Positions 17,586 to 27,463 of a DNA stretch of 36,759 nucleotides are shown here, in pieces. The notes below the pieces were generated by a model. The model was not told the origin of the DNA. It was given only the letters and a program-made list of their open reading frames with translations, and did no database searches. The translations under genes were made by a program, and so were the position numbers. The DNA lies in contig JAAYWY010000009.1 of NCBI GenBank assembly GCA_012516165.1, positions 1 through 36,759 of the forward strand. The letters are read 5' to 3'. The stretch's first letter is position 1; each line of letters begins with the position of its first letter. The DNA is from Bacillota bacterium. Lineage in GTDB: Bacteria > Bacillota > DTU030 > DUMP01.

Positions 17586-17981
17586 CTATGCCAAGTTTAA
17601 GAGTACATCACCTGTATTTACAGACTGGCCTACACTAACGAATATTTCAGTTACTGTACCATCTGTGGGTGCCATAATTTCGTTCTCCATTTTCATGGCT
17701 TCTAGGGTTAACAATACATCGCCTTTCTTAACCGTTTGGCCAGCAGAAACTTTAATGGACAAAATTGTGCCTGGCATAGGTGCGTTTATGCTACCGGCAC
17801 CAGCTACGGGTTTAGCTGCTGGTTTAGGCTGCGGAGCTGGTGTTGCTTTCGGGGCTGGTTTGGAAACGGCTGCAGATTTAGCAGCAACGGGTGTTGGGGC
17901 TGCAATTTGGACATCATCACCAGTTTCTTCAACGACTACTTCGTACTTTTCACCATTTACTGTAACTACAAATGTCCTCAT
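17586..17981 (-). CDS. mmdC: Biotin carboxyl carrier subunit (MmdC-like gamma subunit)
   Basis: C-terminal biotinyl domain with the EAMKMENEI motif around the biotinyl lysine. An Ala/Pro-rich linker ([31 protein letters not shown]) precedes it. Confidence 0.85.
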   Translation of the reverse strand: MRTFVVTVNGEKYEVVVEETGDDVQIAAPTPVAAKSAAVSKPAPKATPAPQPKPAAKPVAGAGSINAPMPGTILSIKVSAGQTVKKGDVLLTLEAMKMENEIMAPTDGTVTEIFVSVGQSVNTGDVLLNLA

Positions 17982-17982
17982 A

Positions 17983-18345
17983 TTAGAATGACCTCCTTAC
18001 AAGTGAACTGGAAGATATATTTTCTAGACGTCCGGCAGCAGCCCAACTTTCGCTGGGTGCCAACCGATGAATAGCACTCACAAATAATTGGTCTGCTCCT
18101 CGATCTAAATAAACAGCCAAAGCCACGGTTATGGCAGCTACAACTTCCGGAGCAACACCAGTATCAGTATTTTTAGGCGCTGAGGCTGCATCGAGAGAAA
18201 TCTCTGGCGTCTTAACCTCTTCATTGTGCTTTTGCACAGATAACCATTTCATTAGGGTTATAATCAATGCCAGGCCCAAAAGAACAACGAATACTATAGT
18301 CATGGCAATTACAGTTAGAGACAAAGCACCGATTTGGGGTTCCAT
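17983..18345 (-). CDS. mmdD: OadG-family small membrane subunit (MmdD-like delta subunit)
   Basis: An N-terminal single TM helix ([25 protein letters not shown]) followed by a hydrophilic Ala-rich tail, located between the carboxyltransferase and biotin carrier genes. Confidence 0.7.
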   Translation of the reverse strand: MEPQIGALSLTVIAMTIVFVVLLGLALIITLMKWLSVQKHNEEVKTPEISLDAASAPKNTDTGVAPEVVAAITVALAVYLDRGADQLFVSAIHRLAPSESWAAAGRLENISSSSLVRRSF

Positions 18346-18362
18346 TTCTTACACCTACCCTT

Positions 18363-19907
18363 TTATACCGGTATGTTACCGTGTTTTTTAGCTGGGCGGC
18401 TTTCTCGCTTAGAAGATAAGGCTTCTAAAGCACAGGCTAAACGCGGGCGCGTCTCTGCTGGGTCAATAACATCATCCACATAACCGCGAGCAGCAGCAAT
18501 ATAGGGATTGGCAAAGCGTTCACGATACTCAGCAATCTTTTCTTGCCTGGTGGCTTCAGGATCATCAGCTTCCTCAATTTCTTTACGGAAGATAATATTA
18601 GCAGCACCATCAGGTCCCATTACAGCAATTTCAGCTCCAGGCCATGCAAATACTTGATCGGCCCCTAAATCACGGCTGCACATGGCCAAGTAAGCACCGC
18701 CGTAGGATTTACGGACAATAAGGGTAATCTTTGGTACAGTAGCCTCAGAATAAGCATACAGCATTTTTGCGCCATGACGGATAATACCGCCGTATTCTTG
18801 ATTAGTACCGGGCAGAAAACCTGGTACATCCACAAAGGTAACAATCGGAATGTTAAAGGCATCGCAAAAGCGAATAAAGCGTGCGCCCTTATCGGAGGCG
18901 TTAATGTCTAGACATCCGGCTAGCACCCGTGGTTGGTTGGCAATAATACCAATGCTGTAGCCATTCAAACGGGCAAAACCAGTAAGAATATTGGTGGCAT
19001 AGTGTTCCTGAGCTTCAAAAAATACGCCGTCATCAACTACGCGGGTAATAACATCGCGCATGTCATAAGCTCGGTTGGATTCGAGTGGCACCACCTCACG
19101 AAGCGATGTATCCACTCGTGTTGCTGGATCTGTTGCTTCGCTGCGAATAGGGGTTTCCAGATTATTGTTGGGAAGGTAAGACAGCAGTGAACGTACTTGC
19201 TCAAAGCATTCATCTTCACTAGTTGCCATGTAGTGGGCTACACCACTAATCCGGTTATGGGTAGCAGCACCACCGAGTTCTTCTGCCGATACTTCTTCTC
19301 CTGTTACAGCCTTAATCACCTGAGGACCGGTAATAAACATGTTAGCACCTTGGGTCATAAATACGAAATCAGTTAGAGCAGGTGAGTATACAGCACCACC
19401 AGCACAAGGTCCCATAATAATAGAAATCTGAGGAATAACGCCAGAGGCAATGGTATTGCGATAAAAAATTTGACCATAACCAGAAAGGGCATCTACCCCT
19501 TCTTGGATCCGGGCACCACCGGAGTCATTAATTCCAATTAAAGGTGCTCCTGTCTTGAGAGCCAAGTCCATCACATGGGTGATTTTCTTAGCGTGCATTT
19601 CGCCTAAAGAACCGCCCATAACGGTAAAGTCTTGGGCAAAGATGTAGACTAAGCGACCATCGATAGTGCCGTAGCCGGTCACTACTCCTTCGCCTGGAGT
19701 TTCCACTTCGGCCATGCCAAATTCTGTGCAACGATGCCGAACGTGCATATTAACTTCGACGAAACTGTTCTTATCCAGCAGTCTTTCTATACGTTCCCTA
19801 GCAGTAAGCTTACCCATTTTATGCTGCTTAGAAATACGTTTTTCACCACCGCCAGCCAGTACTGTAGACCGTCTGGCAGCAAGATCTGCTAAGAGGTCCT
19901 TTGTCAA
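18363..19907 (-). CDS. mmdA: Methylmalonyl-CoA carboxyltransferase / decarboxylase alpha subunit (propionyl-CoA carboxylase beta-chain family)
   Basis: Carboxyl_trans family over the whole length ([62 protein letters not shown]). The likely start is TTG 19907, with GGAGG 8 nt upstream. ORF track gives TTG 19928. Confidence 0.88.
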   Translation of the reverse strand: MTKDLLADLAARRSTVLAGGGEKRISKQHKMGKLTARERIERLLDKNSFVEVNMHVRHRCTEFGMAEVETPGEGVVTGYGTIDGRLVYIFAQDFTVMGGSLGEMHAKKITHVMDLALKTGAPLIGINDSGGARIQEGVDALSGYGQIFYRNTIASGVIPQISIIMGPCAGGAVYSPALTDFVFMTQGANMFITGPQVIKAVTGEEVSAEELGGAATHNRISGVAHYMATSEDECFEQVRSLLSYLPNNNLETPIRSEATDPATRVDTSLREVVPLESNRAYDMRDVITRVVDDGVFFEAQEHYATNILTGFARLNGYSIGIIANQPRVLAGCLDINASDKGARFIRFCDAFNIPIVTFVDVPGFLPGTNQEYGGIIRHGAKMLYAYSEATVPKITLIVRKSYGGAYLAMCSRDLGADQVFAWPGAEIAVMGPDGAANIIFRKEIEEADDPEATRQEKIAEYRERFANPYIAAARGYVDDVIDPAETRPRLACALEALSSKRESRPAKKHGNIPV

Positions 19908-19979
19908 AACTGCCACCTCCTGATGCAACTAATCGCTGGGGATACAAACAAAGTATCAGTTAGAGTATAAGTGCCGAGC

Positions 19980-20384
19980 TTATTCCTCGCGTTCGCTGAT
20001 TTCTAATAACACTCCACCAGTTGCCTTGGGATGGATAAATGCAATTTTAGCTCCGCCAGCCCCGCGGCGTGGTTTTTCATCAATCAGACGTACCCCGGCT
20101 GCTTTTAACCTTTCTAGCTCGGCTTCGATATCATCTACCCTGAGCGCTATATGCTGAATTCCCTCTCCCCGTTTTTCAATAAAGCGAGCGATAGGACTAT
20201 CGGGTGCTGTTGGGGCTAAGAGCTCGATTTCACTATCACCTACAGGGAGAAAAGCGGTGATCACCTTTTGCTCTTTTACTTCTTCAGTACCTGTTACTTT
20301 AATCTCTAGAACATCTTCGTAGAAACGACAAGCTTCCTCCATATTAGAAACAGCAATACCTACATGGTCAATCTTTTTTATCAA
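19980..20384 (-). CDS. mce: Methylmalonyl-CoA epimerase (VOC/glyoxalase fold)
   Basis: 134 aa. IDHVGIAV..., [12 protein letters not shown] and GGVLLEI are typical of the family, and it sits between meaB and mmdA. Confidence 0.85.
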   Translation of the reverse strand: MIKKIDHVGIAVSNMEEACRFYEDVLEIKVTGTEEVKEQKVITAFLPVGDSEIELLAPTAPDSPIARFIEKRGEGIQHIALRVDDIEAELERLKAAGVRLIDEKPRRGAGGAKIAFIHPKATGGVLLEISEREE

Positions 20385-21351
20385 CGGTGTTCCCTCCTTT
20401 CCAATTTAAATAGAGTTGTTCTTCTAAAGTATAGGGATCAATTCTTTTGGCGGCAAGATCTTGCCAAATTTGGCTTCCATGTTCCTTTGTCCAAAGCTCT
20501 GTAATATCTTTTCTGATACGCTCGGTGAGACGCTGTAAGACAGATTCTTTTTGCCTAGTTAATCGTTTTTCCATAAGAAGGTTATTTTCTTTTAGAAAAG
20601 CATAGTGGTCTTGAATAGCTGTAACCAGCTGGGAAACACCTTGATTAGTGGTGGCCACTGTTGGAATTACTGGTGGGCGCCAATTACCATGAGAACCTAA
20701 ATCGAGCATACTCTCAAGCTCGATTATTACCCGCTGACTGCCAGGAAGATCAGCTTTATTCACTGCGAATATATCACCGATCTCCATGATCCCGGCTTTA
20801 CTAACCTGAACATCATCACCTAAACCAGGTACAGAGACTACTACGACCGTATCAGCTACTTGGACGATGTCTACCTCTGATTGTCCTACTCCTACTGTTT
20901 CTACTAAAACATAGGGGTATCCAGCAGCATCTAGCAGCTGAACCGTGGCATAAACAGCTTGGGCTAGACCACCCAGACTCCCACGTGTACCCATACTACG
21001 GATGTATACTCCAGGGTCACTGGCCCACCGCTGCATTCGAATACGATCACCCAAAATAGCACCGCCTGTAAAAGGACTGGTGGGGTCAACGGCTACCACT
21101 GCTACCTTATGACCGCGGGTACGTATTTCTTGAATCATGCGGTCCACTAAACTGCTCTTGCCTGCTCCTGGGGGGCCAGTTAGGCCAATTATATGGGCTT
21201 GACCGGTGTGGGGATATAACTCTTTAAGGATATTAAATCCTTCTTGCTCTTGATTTTCTAGCAAACTGATGACCTGAGCCAATGAGCGGCGATCACCATC
21301 AAGAATTCGTTGGGCCCAGGATGTCTGGTTGTGAGTGGAGCTTGTTGTCAC
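20368..21351 (-). CDS. meaB: Methylmalonyl-CoA mutase-associated GTPase MeaB/ArgK
   Basis: [40 protein letters not shown] and NKADL. The start overlaps the stop of the B12-subunit gene by 4 nt. Confidence 0.9.
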   Translation of the reverse strand: MTTSSTHNQTSWAQRILDGDRRSLAQVISLLENQEQEGFNILKELYPHTGQAHIIGLTGPPGAGKSSLVDRMIQEIRTRGHKVAVVAVDPTSPFTGGAILGDRIRMQRWASDPGVYIRSMGTRGSLGGLAQAVYATVQLLDAAGYPYVLVETVGVGQSEVDIVQVADTVVVVSVPGLGDDVQVSKAGIMEIGDIFAVNKADLPGSQRVIIELESMLDLGSHGNWRPPVIPTVATTNQGVSQLVTAIQDHYAFLKENNLLMEKRLTRQKESVLQRLTERIRKDITELWTKEHGSQIWQDLAAKRIDPYTLEEQLYLNWKGGNTVDKKD

Positions 21352-21749
21352 TTTGTTACATGCTCCTTAATATAATCAATAGCCACTGAAGTAGGTGTGC
21401 CGGGAGTAAAAATTTCACTAATCCCAGCTGCTTTAAGACTAGGAATATCCTCTTCAGGAATAATACCACCACCAATTACTAGAATATCAGTAGCATTTTG
21501 TTCTTTTAACAGCCTGGTTACTTCTGGAAACAGGTGGTTATGAGCTCCAGACAGGCAAGAAAGACCAATGACGTCCACGTCCTCTTGTATGGCTGCTTCT
21601 ACGATTTGTTGTGGAGTTTGCCTTAAACCAGTATATACTACTTCCATGCCAGCATCACGCATGGCTCGAGCTAATACTTTGGCACCACGGTCGTGCCCAT
21701 CTAGCCCGGGCTTAGCAATTAAAACCCTGATCGGGCGTTCCATAACCAA
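21348..21749 (-). CDS. Methylmalonyl-CoA mutase, cobalamin-binding small subunit
   Basis: The B12-binding DxHxxG context ([11 protein letters not shown]) within a flavodoxin-like 133-aa protein ([21 protein letters not shown]). TTG 21749 lies 5 nt from GGAGG. ATG 21743 is an alternative. Confidence 0.88.
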   Translation of the reverse strand: MVMERPIRVLIAKPGLDGHDRGAKVLARAMRDAGMEVVYTGLRQTPQQIVEAAIQEDVDVIGLSCLSGAHNHLFPEVTRLLKEQNATDILVIGGGIIPEEDIPSLKAAGISEIFTPGTPTSVAIDYIKEHVTK

Positions 21750-21758
21750 CTACACCTC

Positions 21759-23432
21759 CTAAAAGATTACCGAAGGTTCATATTCGCCGAATACCTGGCG
21801 GAGCACATCACAAATTTCTCCCAGGGTAGCATATGTGCGTACTGCTTCAATAATTGCTGGCATAAGATTGGCGTCGGTTTGCGCTGTTTCACGAAGCTGT
21901 TGAAGTGCGGCCTGTGTTTTAGTATTATCTCTTTTCTGCCGTAGTTCACCAAGCTTGGCTGTCTGTCGCTCCTCCACTTCCGGCTTAACTTTAAGCAATT
22001 CTGGTAACTTTTCGTCTTCCACTTGGAATTTGTTAACACCAACAACTATGCGATAGTTCGATTCGACTGCTTTTTGATAAGCATAAGCACTTTCTTGAAT
22101 TTCACGTTGAATAAATCCTTGTTCTATGGCCGCGACTGCTCCACCTAGTTCATCAATTTTCTTAATGTAATTGACAGCGGCCTCTTCAATTTGGTTAGTC
22201 ATGGATTCAACAACGTACGATCCAGCTAGAGGATCAATAGTGGAGGTAACGCCGCTTTCATAAGCGATAATCTGTTGCGTGCGTAAAGCAATTGTTACTG
22301 ATTCTTGCGTAGGCAGTGATAATGCTTCGTCTCGAGAATTAGTATGCAGTGATTGGGTACCACCTAATGCTGCTGCCAGTGCCTGCAAAGTAACGCGGAT
22401 AATATTGTTATCTGGCTGCTGAGCAGTAAGAGCACAACCAGCCGTTTGGGTATGGAACCGAAGCATCAACGAACGCGGATTTTTAGCACCAAAGCGATCT
22501 TTCATAATTCGGGCCCAGAGGCGACGAGCAGCGCGGAATTTGGCTACTTCCTCCAGTAAATCCATCTGAGCGTTAAAGAAAAAGGATAAACGAGGAGCAA
22601 AATCATCTACGTCTAAGCCTGCTTTTACAGCAGCTTCCACATAGGCAATCCCATCGGCTAAAGTGAAGGCTACTTCCTGAACAGCAGTGCAGCCCGCTTC
22701 CCGGATGTGGTACCCACTGATGGAAATAGTATTCCATTTAGGTACATGGGCCGAACAATAAGCAAAGATATCGGTGATAAGACGCATACTGGGTTTAGGT
22801 GGGAAAATATAAGTTCCGCGAGCCACATACTCTTTAAGGATATCGTTTTGGATTGTGCCAGCTAACTTATCCGATGGAACTCCCTGCTTCTCGGCTAAAA
22901 CAATATACATGGCTAGCAAAACAGCAGCTGGCGCATTAATGGTCATAGAAGTACTTACTTTATCAAGGGGAATATTGGCAAATAACGTTTCCATGTCGGC
23001 TAAGGAATCAATAGCAACTCCCACTTTGCCCACTTCACCTCGGGCTAAGGGGTGGTCGGAATCATAGCCGATTTGGGTCGGTAAGTCAAAGGCCACGCTA
23101 AGTCCAGTTTGCCCCTGTTCTAAAAGATAGCGATAGCGTTTGTTTGATTCTTCTGCTGTTCCAAAACCAGCGTATTGGCGCATGGTCCATAGCCGTCCCC
23201 GATACATGGTAGGCTGAATACCACGGGTAAATGGATATTCACCGGGAAAACCAAGGTCATTTTCATAGTCTAAGTCGGCGATATCCAGTGGTGTATACAA
23301 CCTTTTAACCGGTGCTCCAGATAAGGTAACAAATTCCTTCTTACGCTCCGGGAAACGGGCCGTGGCTTTAGCCACTGGCCCTGTTTCCCAAGCGTCCCTG
23401 GCAGCATGAAGCTGTTTCAGGTCCGCAGTCAT
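21759..23432 (-). CDS. Methylmalonyl-CoA mutase, large (substrate-binding TIM-barrel) subunit
   Basis: [59 protein letters not shown] and HTQTAG. 557 aa, in the split form without a fused B12 domain. Confidence 0.92.
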   Translation of the reverse strand: MTADLKQLHAARDAWETGPVAKATARFPERKKEFVTLSGAPVKRLYTPLDIADLDYENDLGFPGEYPFTRGIQPTMYRGRLWTMRQYAGFGTAEESNKRYRYLLEQGQTGLSVAFDLPTQIGYDSDHPLARGEVGKVGVAIDSLADMETLFANIPLDKVSTSMTINAPAAVLLAMYIVLAEKQGVPSDKLAGTIQNDILKEYVARGTYIFPPKPSMRLITDIFAYCSAHVPKWNTISISGYHIREAGCTAVQEVAFTLADGIAYVEAAVKAGLDVDDFAPRLSFFFNAQMDLLEEVAKFRAARRLWARIMKDRFGAKNPRSLMLRFHTQTAGCALTAQQPDNNIIRVTLQALAAALGGTQSLHTNSRDEALSLPTQESVTIALRTQQIIAYESGVTSTIDPLAGSYVVESMTNQIEEAAVNYIKKIDELGGAVAAIEQGFIQREIQESAYAYQKAVESNYRIVVGVNKFQVEDEKLPELLKVKPEVEERQTAKLGELRQKRDNTKTQAALQQLRETAQTDANLMPAIIEAVRTYATLGEICDVLRQVFGEYEPSVIF

Positions 23433-23434
23433 TT

Positions 23435-23989
23435 CTATTCACCTTCCCTTTGAAGCACTTTTTGTGCCGCCTGATACCCGGCTTTCAGGGCTTTCTTATT
23501 AAGATCTTTAGTTTTTGGTGGTACTCTATCGAGCACTGCGGTTTCTAATGATTCTTTGGTAACGATATTGGTAATGCCGTTAATAACACCCAAGGCTACA
23601 ATATTGGCTACAATGCCACGACCAACTTCAGACGTAGCTATTTCTGTGATAGGTACAGCATAAATCCTACCAGGAAATTCAGGTATGTTCTTAACCAGTC
23701 CGCTGTCGACCACAAGAATACCGTTAGGCCGTGTTTGAGCAGCGTATTTATCACAGGCTTGTTGGCTCATAGCTAAACACAAATCTGCTTCTCCTACTTT
23801 AGGGTAATCAATTTCTTCGTTGGAAATAATTACCTCAGCTTTGCTAGCGCCTCCGCGTGCTTCTGGACCATAGGATTGGCTTTGTACGGCATTGTTACCA
23901 TCTAAAATAGCTGCTTCAGCTAAAATAATACCGGCAGTAATAAGCCCTTGGCCACCAAATCCACTTAAGCGCAGTTCCAGTTTTTTCAC
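23435..23989 (-). CDS. korC: 2-oxoacid:ferredoxin oxidoreductase gamma subunit (2-oxoglutarate-specific by context)
   Basis: [20 protein letters not shown] and the overall 184-aa POR gamma-domain pattern. The start overlaps the korB stop by 4 nt. Confidence 0.85.
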   Translation of the reverse strand: MKKLELRLSGFGGQGLITAGIILAEAAILDGNNAVQSQSYGPEARGGASKAEVIISNEEIDYPKVGEADLCLAMSQQACDKYAAQTRPNGILVVDSGLVKNIPEFPGRIYAVPITEIATSEVGRGIVANIVALGVINGITNIVTKESLETAVLDRVPPKTKDLNKKALKAGYQAAQKVLQREGE

Positions 23990-24816
23990 TTTACTTCCCC
24001 CCTGGCCTTGGCAATGACTTCTTTCTCATACACTGCCGTATACTCAGGAGCCTCTTCATGGTATAATTCACCGATTAAGAATTTGCCCGCCAATTGTTCG
24101 GAAGTCATCTTAGCAGCAGCTTTCACCGGAACGGCATGTTCCTGTTGCCATTTCAGCATATCTACTGCTGATGGGAACTTATTCTTGCGACCGAAATACA
24201 TGGGGCATTGGGTAATAACTTCAATAAAGGAAAACCCATTATGTCCCAGTCCAGCAACAATTTGATCTACTAGCTGCCGGGTATGATAAGTGGTACCTCT
24301 GGCCACGTAGGTGCCGCCAGCGGCTTGTACCAGCTTGCAGAGGTCAAAGTTGCGATCTATAGAGCCGTAAGGTGCTGTGGTAGCATAACTATGGGTAGGT
24401 GTCAGGGGTGAATACTGGCCACCAGTCATGCCGTAAATGCTGTTGTTAAATACTACTACCGTCAAATTAATGTTGCGGCGGGCAGCATGGATTAAGTGAT
24501 TACCGCCAATAGCGGAACAGTCACCATCACCGGTTAGTACTACCACATTTAGATCCGGATTGGCCATTTTGACACCAGTGGCGTAAGCCAGAGCCCGGCC
24601 ATGAGTGGTGTGGAGGGTATCAAAATTCATATAACCCGGTGCCCGCGAGGAGCAACCAATGCCGGACACGATAACGGTTTTATCCTGATCAATATCGGCT
24701 TTGTCCAAGGCCCTCATTACTGCTCCCATAATAATACCATTGCCGCAGCCTGGGCACCAAATATGAGGCAACTTACTGGTACGGCAATAACGTTCGACTA
24801 GTTCCTTAACGGACAT
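23986..24816 (-). CDS. korB: 2-oxoacid:ferredoxin oxidoreductase beta subunit (TPP-binding)
   Basis: WCPGCGNG at the N-terminus and the TPP motif GDGDCSAIGGNH...NNSIYGMTGGQ. Confidence 0.88.
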   Translation of the reverse strand: MSVKELVERYCRTSKLPHIWCPGCGNGIIMGAVMRALDKADIDQDKTVIVSGIGCSSRAPGYMNFDTLHTTHGRALAYATGVKMANPDLNVVVLTGDGDCSAIGGNHLIHAARRNINLTVVVFNNSIYGMTGGQYSPLTPTHSYATTAPYGSIDRNFDLCKLVQAAGGTYVARGTTYHTRQLVDQIVAGLGHNGFSFIEVITQCPMYFGRKNKFPSAVDMLKWQQEHAVPVKAAAKMTSEQLAGKFLIGELYHEEAPEYTAVYEKEVIAKARGEVK

Positions 24817-25963
24817 TTTTAGTCACCTCCTGGGCACGGGCGATAATATCCTGGGGAGTGATAAGCTCGGCATCAATGCGATTCAAGCCGATAACAGGTA
24901 CGCGACCACAAGCAGCACGTTCTACTTCTATAATCATCTGACCTAAATTCATTTCAGCAACAATCATTGCTTTTGCTGTTGTAGCAACGCTATTTATCGC
25001 TTCTGCCGGGAATGGCCAGGCCGTAATGGGTCTTACCAGTCCCAGTTTTAAGCCTTGAGCCCGAGCTTCTTTTACGGCAGCGCGGGCTGACCGAGCTACT
25101 GAACCGGCGGCTACAATTACTATATCAGCATCGTCAGCTTGATAAAGTTCAGCTTGGGCAATGCTGGGTTGACGCTGCTCTATCTTCGCCAGCAACCGAC
25201 GGACGAGAATATTACCATCTTTACCCTTGCCGCTGGGGAAACCAGTTTCATTATGAACTAACCCAGTGACATGGAAACGATAACCATCCCCAAACGCCGG
25301 CATGGGTGGTACTAGATTAGGTCCTGGTTTGTACGGCAAAAAATGCTCGGGATCTTCTGTTGGCTTAACTCGGTTGACCACCGTTATCTCATCTGTGGCG
25401 GGCAATTCAACGCGCTCCCGCATATGGCCAACGACTTCGTCCATTAAAAGGATGACCGGTGTTCTAAGCTCTTCGGATAAGTTAACTGCCTGGACAGTCA
25501 AATCAAAGGCTTCTCGTACCGAGGCTGGCATTAAAGCTATAGCCGGATGGTCGCCATGGGTTCCCCAGCGAGCTTGCATAATATCACCCTGCGCTGGTGA
25601 TGTGGGCAACCCGGTGCTAGGGCCATATCTTTGTACGTTAACAATGACGCAGGGAATTTCTGTTAGAGCGGCAAAACCGATGTTTTCTTGTTTTAATGAA
25701 AACCCAGGTCCGGAAGTTGCAGTCATGGATTTTAGACCGGCTAATGATGCACCAATCACGGCCCCCATGCTGGCTATTTCATCTTCCATTTGAATAAATT
25801 TACCGCCGATTTTTGGCAGCTCAACTGCCAAACCTTCGGCTATTTCTGTAGATGGAGTAATTGGATAACCGGCAAAAAAACGTACGCCAGCGGCAATAGC
25901 CCCTTGTACGCAAGCTTCGTTACCGGAGAGGAGTTGCGCTTTCCGTTCAGTTGGTACTGGCAT
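24806..25963 (-). CDS. korA: 2-oxoacid:ferredoxin oxidoreductase alpha subunit
   Basis: SGNEACVQGAIAAGVRFFAGYPITPSTEI and MEDEIASMGAVIGAS. I place the start at ATG 25963, with GGGAGGG 7 nt upstream. ORF track gives 25990. Confidence 0.88.
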   Translation of the reverse strand: MPVPTERKAQLLSGNEACVQGAIAAGVRFFAGYPITPSTEIAEGLAVELPKIGGKFIQMEDEIASMGAVIGASLAGLKSMTATSGPGFSLKQENIGFAALTEIPCVIVNVQRYGPSTGLPTSPAQGDIMQARWGTHGDHPAIALMPASVREAFDLTVQAVNLSEELRTPVILLMDEVVGHMRERVELPATDEITVVNRVKPTEDPEHFLPYKPGPNLVPPMPAFGDGYRFHVTGLVHNETGFPSGKGKDGNILVRRLLAKIEQRQPSIAQAELYQADDADIVIVAAGSVARSARAAVKEARAQGLKLGLVRPITAWPFPAEAINSVATTAKAMIVAEMNLGQMIIEVERAACGRVPVIGLNRIDAELITPQDIIARAQEVTKNVR

Positions 25964-26165
25964 GCTGTTTCCCTCCCACACTGATGGCATAATCTGGACA
26001 TCTTAGTTCGCAAAGGCCGCAGCGAGTACAGGCTTCAATATTGGCCACTGCTGCCTTTCCATCCTCGCGAGCCACCAGTACTTTAGCTGGGCAAAAGGCT
26101 ATGCAAATACCGCAGCCTTTGCACCACTTTTCATTAATATCGATGTGGGCAACTTCGCTGTTCAC
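25947..26165 (-). CDS. korD: 2-oxoacid:ferredoxin oxidoreductase delta subunit (2x[4Fe-4S] ferredoxin)
   Basis: Two CxxCxxCxxxCP motifs (CKGCGICIAFCP and CTRCGLCELRCP) in 72 aa. GTG start has GAGGTGA 7 nt upstream. Confidence 0.8.
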   Translation of the reverse strand: MNSEVAHIDINEKWCKGCGICIAFCPAKVLVAREDGKAAVANIEACTRCGLCELRCPDYAISVGGKQHASTN

Positions 26166-26187
26166 AGTGTGTTCACCTCTGTCTTTC

Positions 26188-27171
26188 TCAGGTCTTATTT
26201 TTAAGATCGACCAAATAACAACGCAACATATTTAACGATCCCTGGTCAATTCGATACCGAAGTTCTATTAGCTCTTTTTTATCTATTAAACTAAGCACTT
26301 CGTTAACTCGGCTGCTGGCTACAGCAACTGCATCGGCAGCAGCAATAACTGAAGCCAGGTATTCGCCTTGGGCGGTACTGGGGATAAAAGAAAGGTCAGT
26401 TATACCGGAACGATGAAGGGTGTTCTGGACTTGATCAGCAAAAGTCTGACTAGTAGATATTATAGCCAACTTACTGTTCTTTGGTAAACGAGCCATTTGG
26501 ACAATGGTTTCCCACTCTAATTCCAAAGCAACTCCAATAATAGGTGTGGCTAACGGCTGTATTAAGTCTTGTAGTTCATTGATTTTGACTAAGGTTGTAA
26601 CTATCAAATCTAAGGAGGATAATCTTTCTCGTGCTGACCGAGGATTGTCTTTTATTTCTTTCATTAAGAAAGAGTGTACTTTAACTTTAACCCCTGATTG
26701 CCGTCCTAGCTCCTGTTGAAAGTAAAAAATTTGTTCTTCTGATGTTCCTACAAAAGCTAAGTCTATTGTTTCTATAGAGTTTTTTCTTTCCAATGCTCTA
26801 CTGGTTGCAAGATTAAGGAAATCTTCGGGACTAAACCCTAACTCAGCGGCTTCCTCTAGCGCCAAGTCGATAACTTTTAGCAGGCGTCCTTTACGTCCAG
26901 TTGTTTCTTTTTTTAGATTGTCTCCGGCAACAAAAGTCCCTCGGCCTTGTAGTGAAATAAGCAACTGCTGAGATTCTAATTCCTTATAAGCAGAGCTAAC
27001 CGTGTTGCGACTGATCCCTAACATTTCTGCCAATTCTCGTTCTGTCGGTAGTTTGAAACCCGCTTCCCAGATACCGGCAGTAATAAAATTACTTATTTGT
27101 TGTTTAAGTTGAACATAAAGAGGCACTCCACTTTGGGGGGTTAGTTCGAGGCCTAGGTTTTTTGTTGCCAT
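26188..27171 (-). CDS. GntR-family transcriptional regulator with a roughly 250-aa non-classical C-terminal domain
   Basis: N-terminal winged HTH: VPLYVQLKQQISNFITAGIWEAGFKLPTERELAEMLGISRNTVSSAYKELESQQLLISLQGRGTFV. The likely start is ATG 27171; the ORF-track TTG at 27189 has no SD. The stop lies 22 nt before korD. Confidence 0.85.
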   Translation of the reverse strand: MATKNLGLELTPQSGVPLYVQLKQQISNFITAGIWEAGFKLPTERELAEMLGISRNTVSSAYKELESQQLLISLQGRGTFVAGDNLKKETTGRKGRLLKVIDLALEEAAELGFSPEDFLNLATSRALERKNSIETIDLAFVGTSEEQIFYFQQELGRQSGVKVKVHSFLMKEIKDNPRSARERLSSLDLIVTTLVKINELQDLIQPLATPIIGVALELEWETIVQMARLPKNSKLAIISTSQTFADQVQNTLHRSGITDLSFIPSTAQGEYLASVIAAADAVAVASSRVNEVLSLIDKKELIELRYRIDQGSLNMLRCYLVDLKNKT

Positions 27172-27255
27172 TGTGCTCACATCCCACAAGAATTAGGCAC
27201 TATCTTTCCATGGAACAAACAATGGTGCCAATTACAATTGAAAACAAAGTTACTG

Positions 27256-27266
27256 GTCATTATGAC
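27256..27266. promoter_or_regulatory. Candidate GntR-type operator (perfect palindrome GTCAT-T-ATGAC)
   Basis: An 11-bp perfect palindrome of the generic GT-Nx-AC type, 85-95 nt upstream of the regulator start. On the minus strand it overlaps a -10-like CATAAT. Assigned by position and symmetry only. Confidence 0.3.
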
Positions 27267-27296
27267 TCATTTGTTAGCCGGGAACCGAAAGAAAGC

Positions 27297-27334
27297 GTGT
27301 TAGTTATGCATTAGTATTTTTAAGTTACTAACAC
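27297..27334. promoter_or_regulatory. Inverted repeat GTGTTAGT-N22-ACTAACAC in the regulator upstream region
   Basis: Perfect 8-bp arms at 27297-27304 and 27327-27334. This could be a second operator or an RNA stem in the leader. Function unknown. Confidence 0.25.
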
Positions 27335-27382
27335 ATTATCCTCAGGAATCAAATAGTTAATAAAGATTGACCTCCTTTCTTC

Positions 27383-27415
27383 AAAAATGGTACCAAGGAT
27401 AGATCCTTAGTACCA
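27383..27415 (-). terminator. Rho-independent terminator after the rny-ymdB-PHP-hypothetical unit
   Basis: Minus strand reads TGGTACTAAGGAT-CT-ATCCTTGGTACCA, a 13-bp stem with one mismatch. TTTTT (27387-27383) follows. It lies about 50 nt after the stop at 27464. Confidence 0.75.
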
Positions 27416-27463
27416 TGAGTACCAATGTCTATATTCGCTATTAACCGGTAAAATCCTGCTAGA

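Noticed and set aside
17146-17991. A 281-aa plus-strand ORF, the longest plus-strand ORF in the window.
   Set aside because: It lies entirely antisense to mmdB and mmdC. Its product is low-complexity and rich in Pro, Ser, Ala and Gly, as expected from reading the reverse frame of a membrane/Ala-Pro-linker gene. It has no SD and no recognisable domain. I treat it as a shadow ORF.
16446-19928. An alternative reading of the four decarboxylase genes as oxaloacetate or glutaconyl-CoA decarboxylase.
   Set aside because: The alpha subunit is a roughly 515-aa acyl-CoA carboxyltransferase type, not an OadA-type TIM-barrel with a fused biotin domain. The genes are also contiguous with methylmalonyl-CoA mutase, MeaB and the epimerase. 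Glutaconyl-CoA specificity cannot be excluded from sequence by eye, but nothing in the context supports it.
25302-25793. A 163-aa plus-strand ORF.
   Set aside because: It is antisense to korA, which has clear family motifs. It has no SD and no recognisable motifs. The same reasoning applies to 9982..10413 (antisense to mutL/mutS) and 16414..16815 (antisense to mmdB).
27190-27463. A possible cobalamin riboswitch or other riboswitch in the long region upstream of the operon containing the B12-dependent mutase.
   Set aside because: The region is AT-rich. I see no B12-box-like GCCACTG-type core and none of the GC-rich paired elements expected for a cobalamin riboswitch. A covariance-model scan would be decisive.
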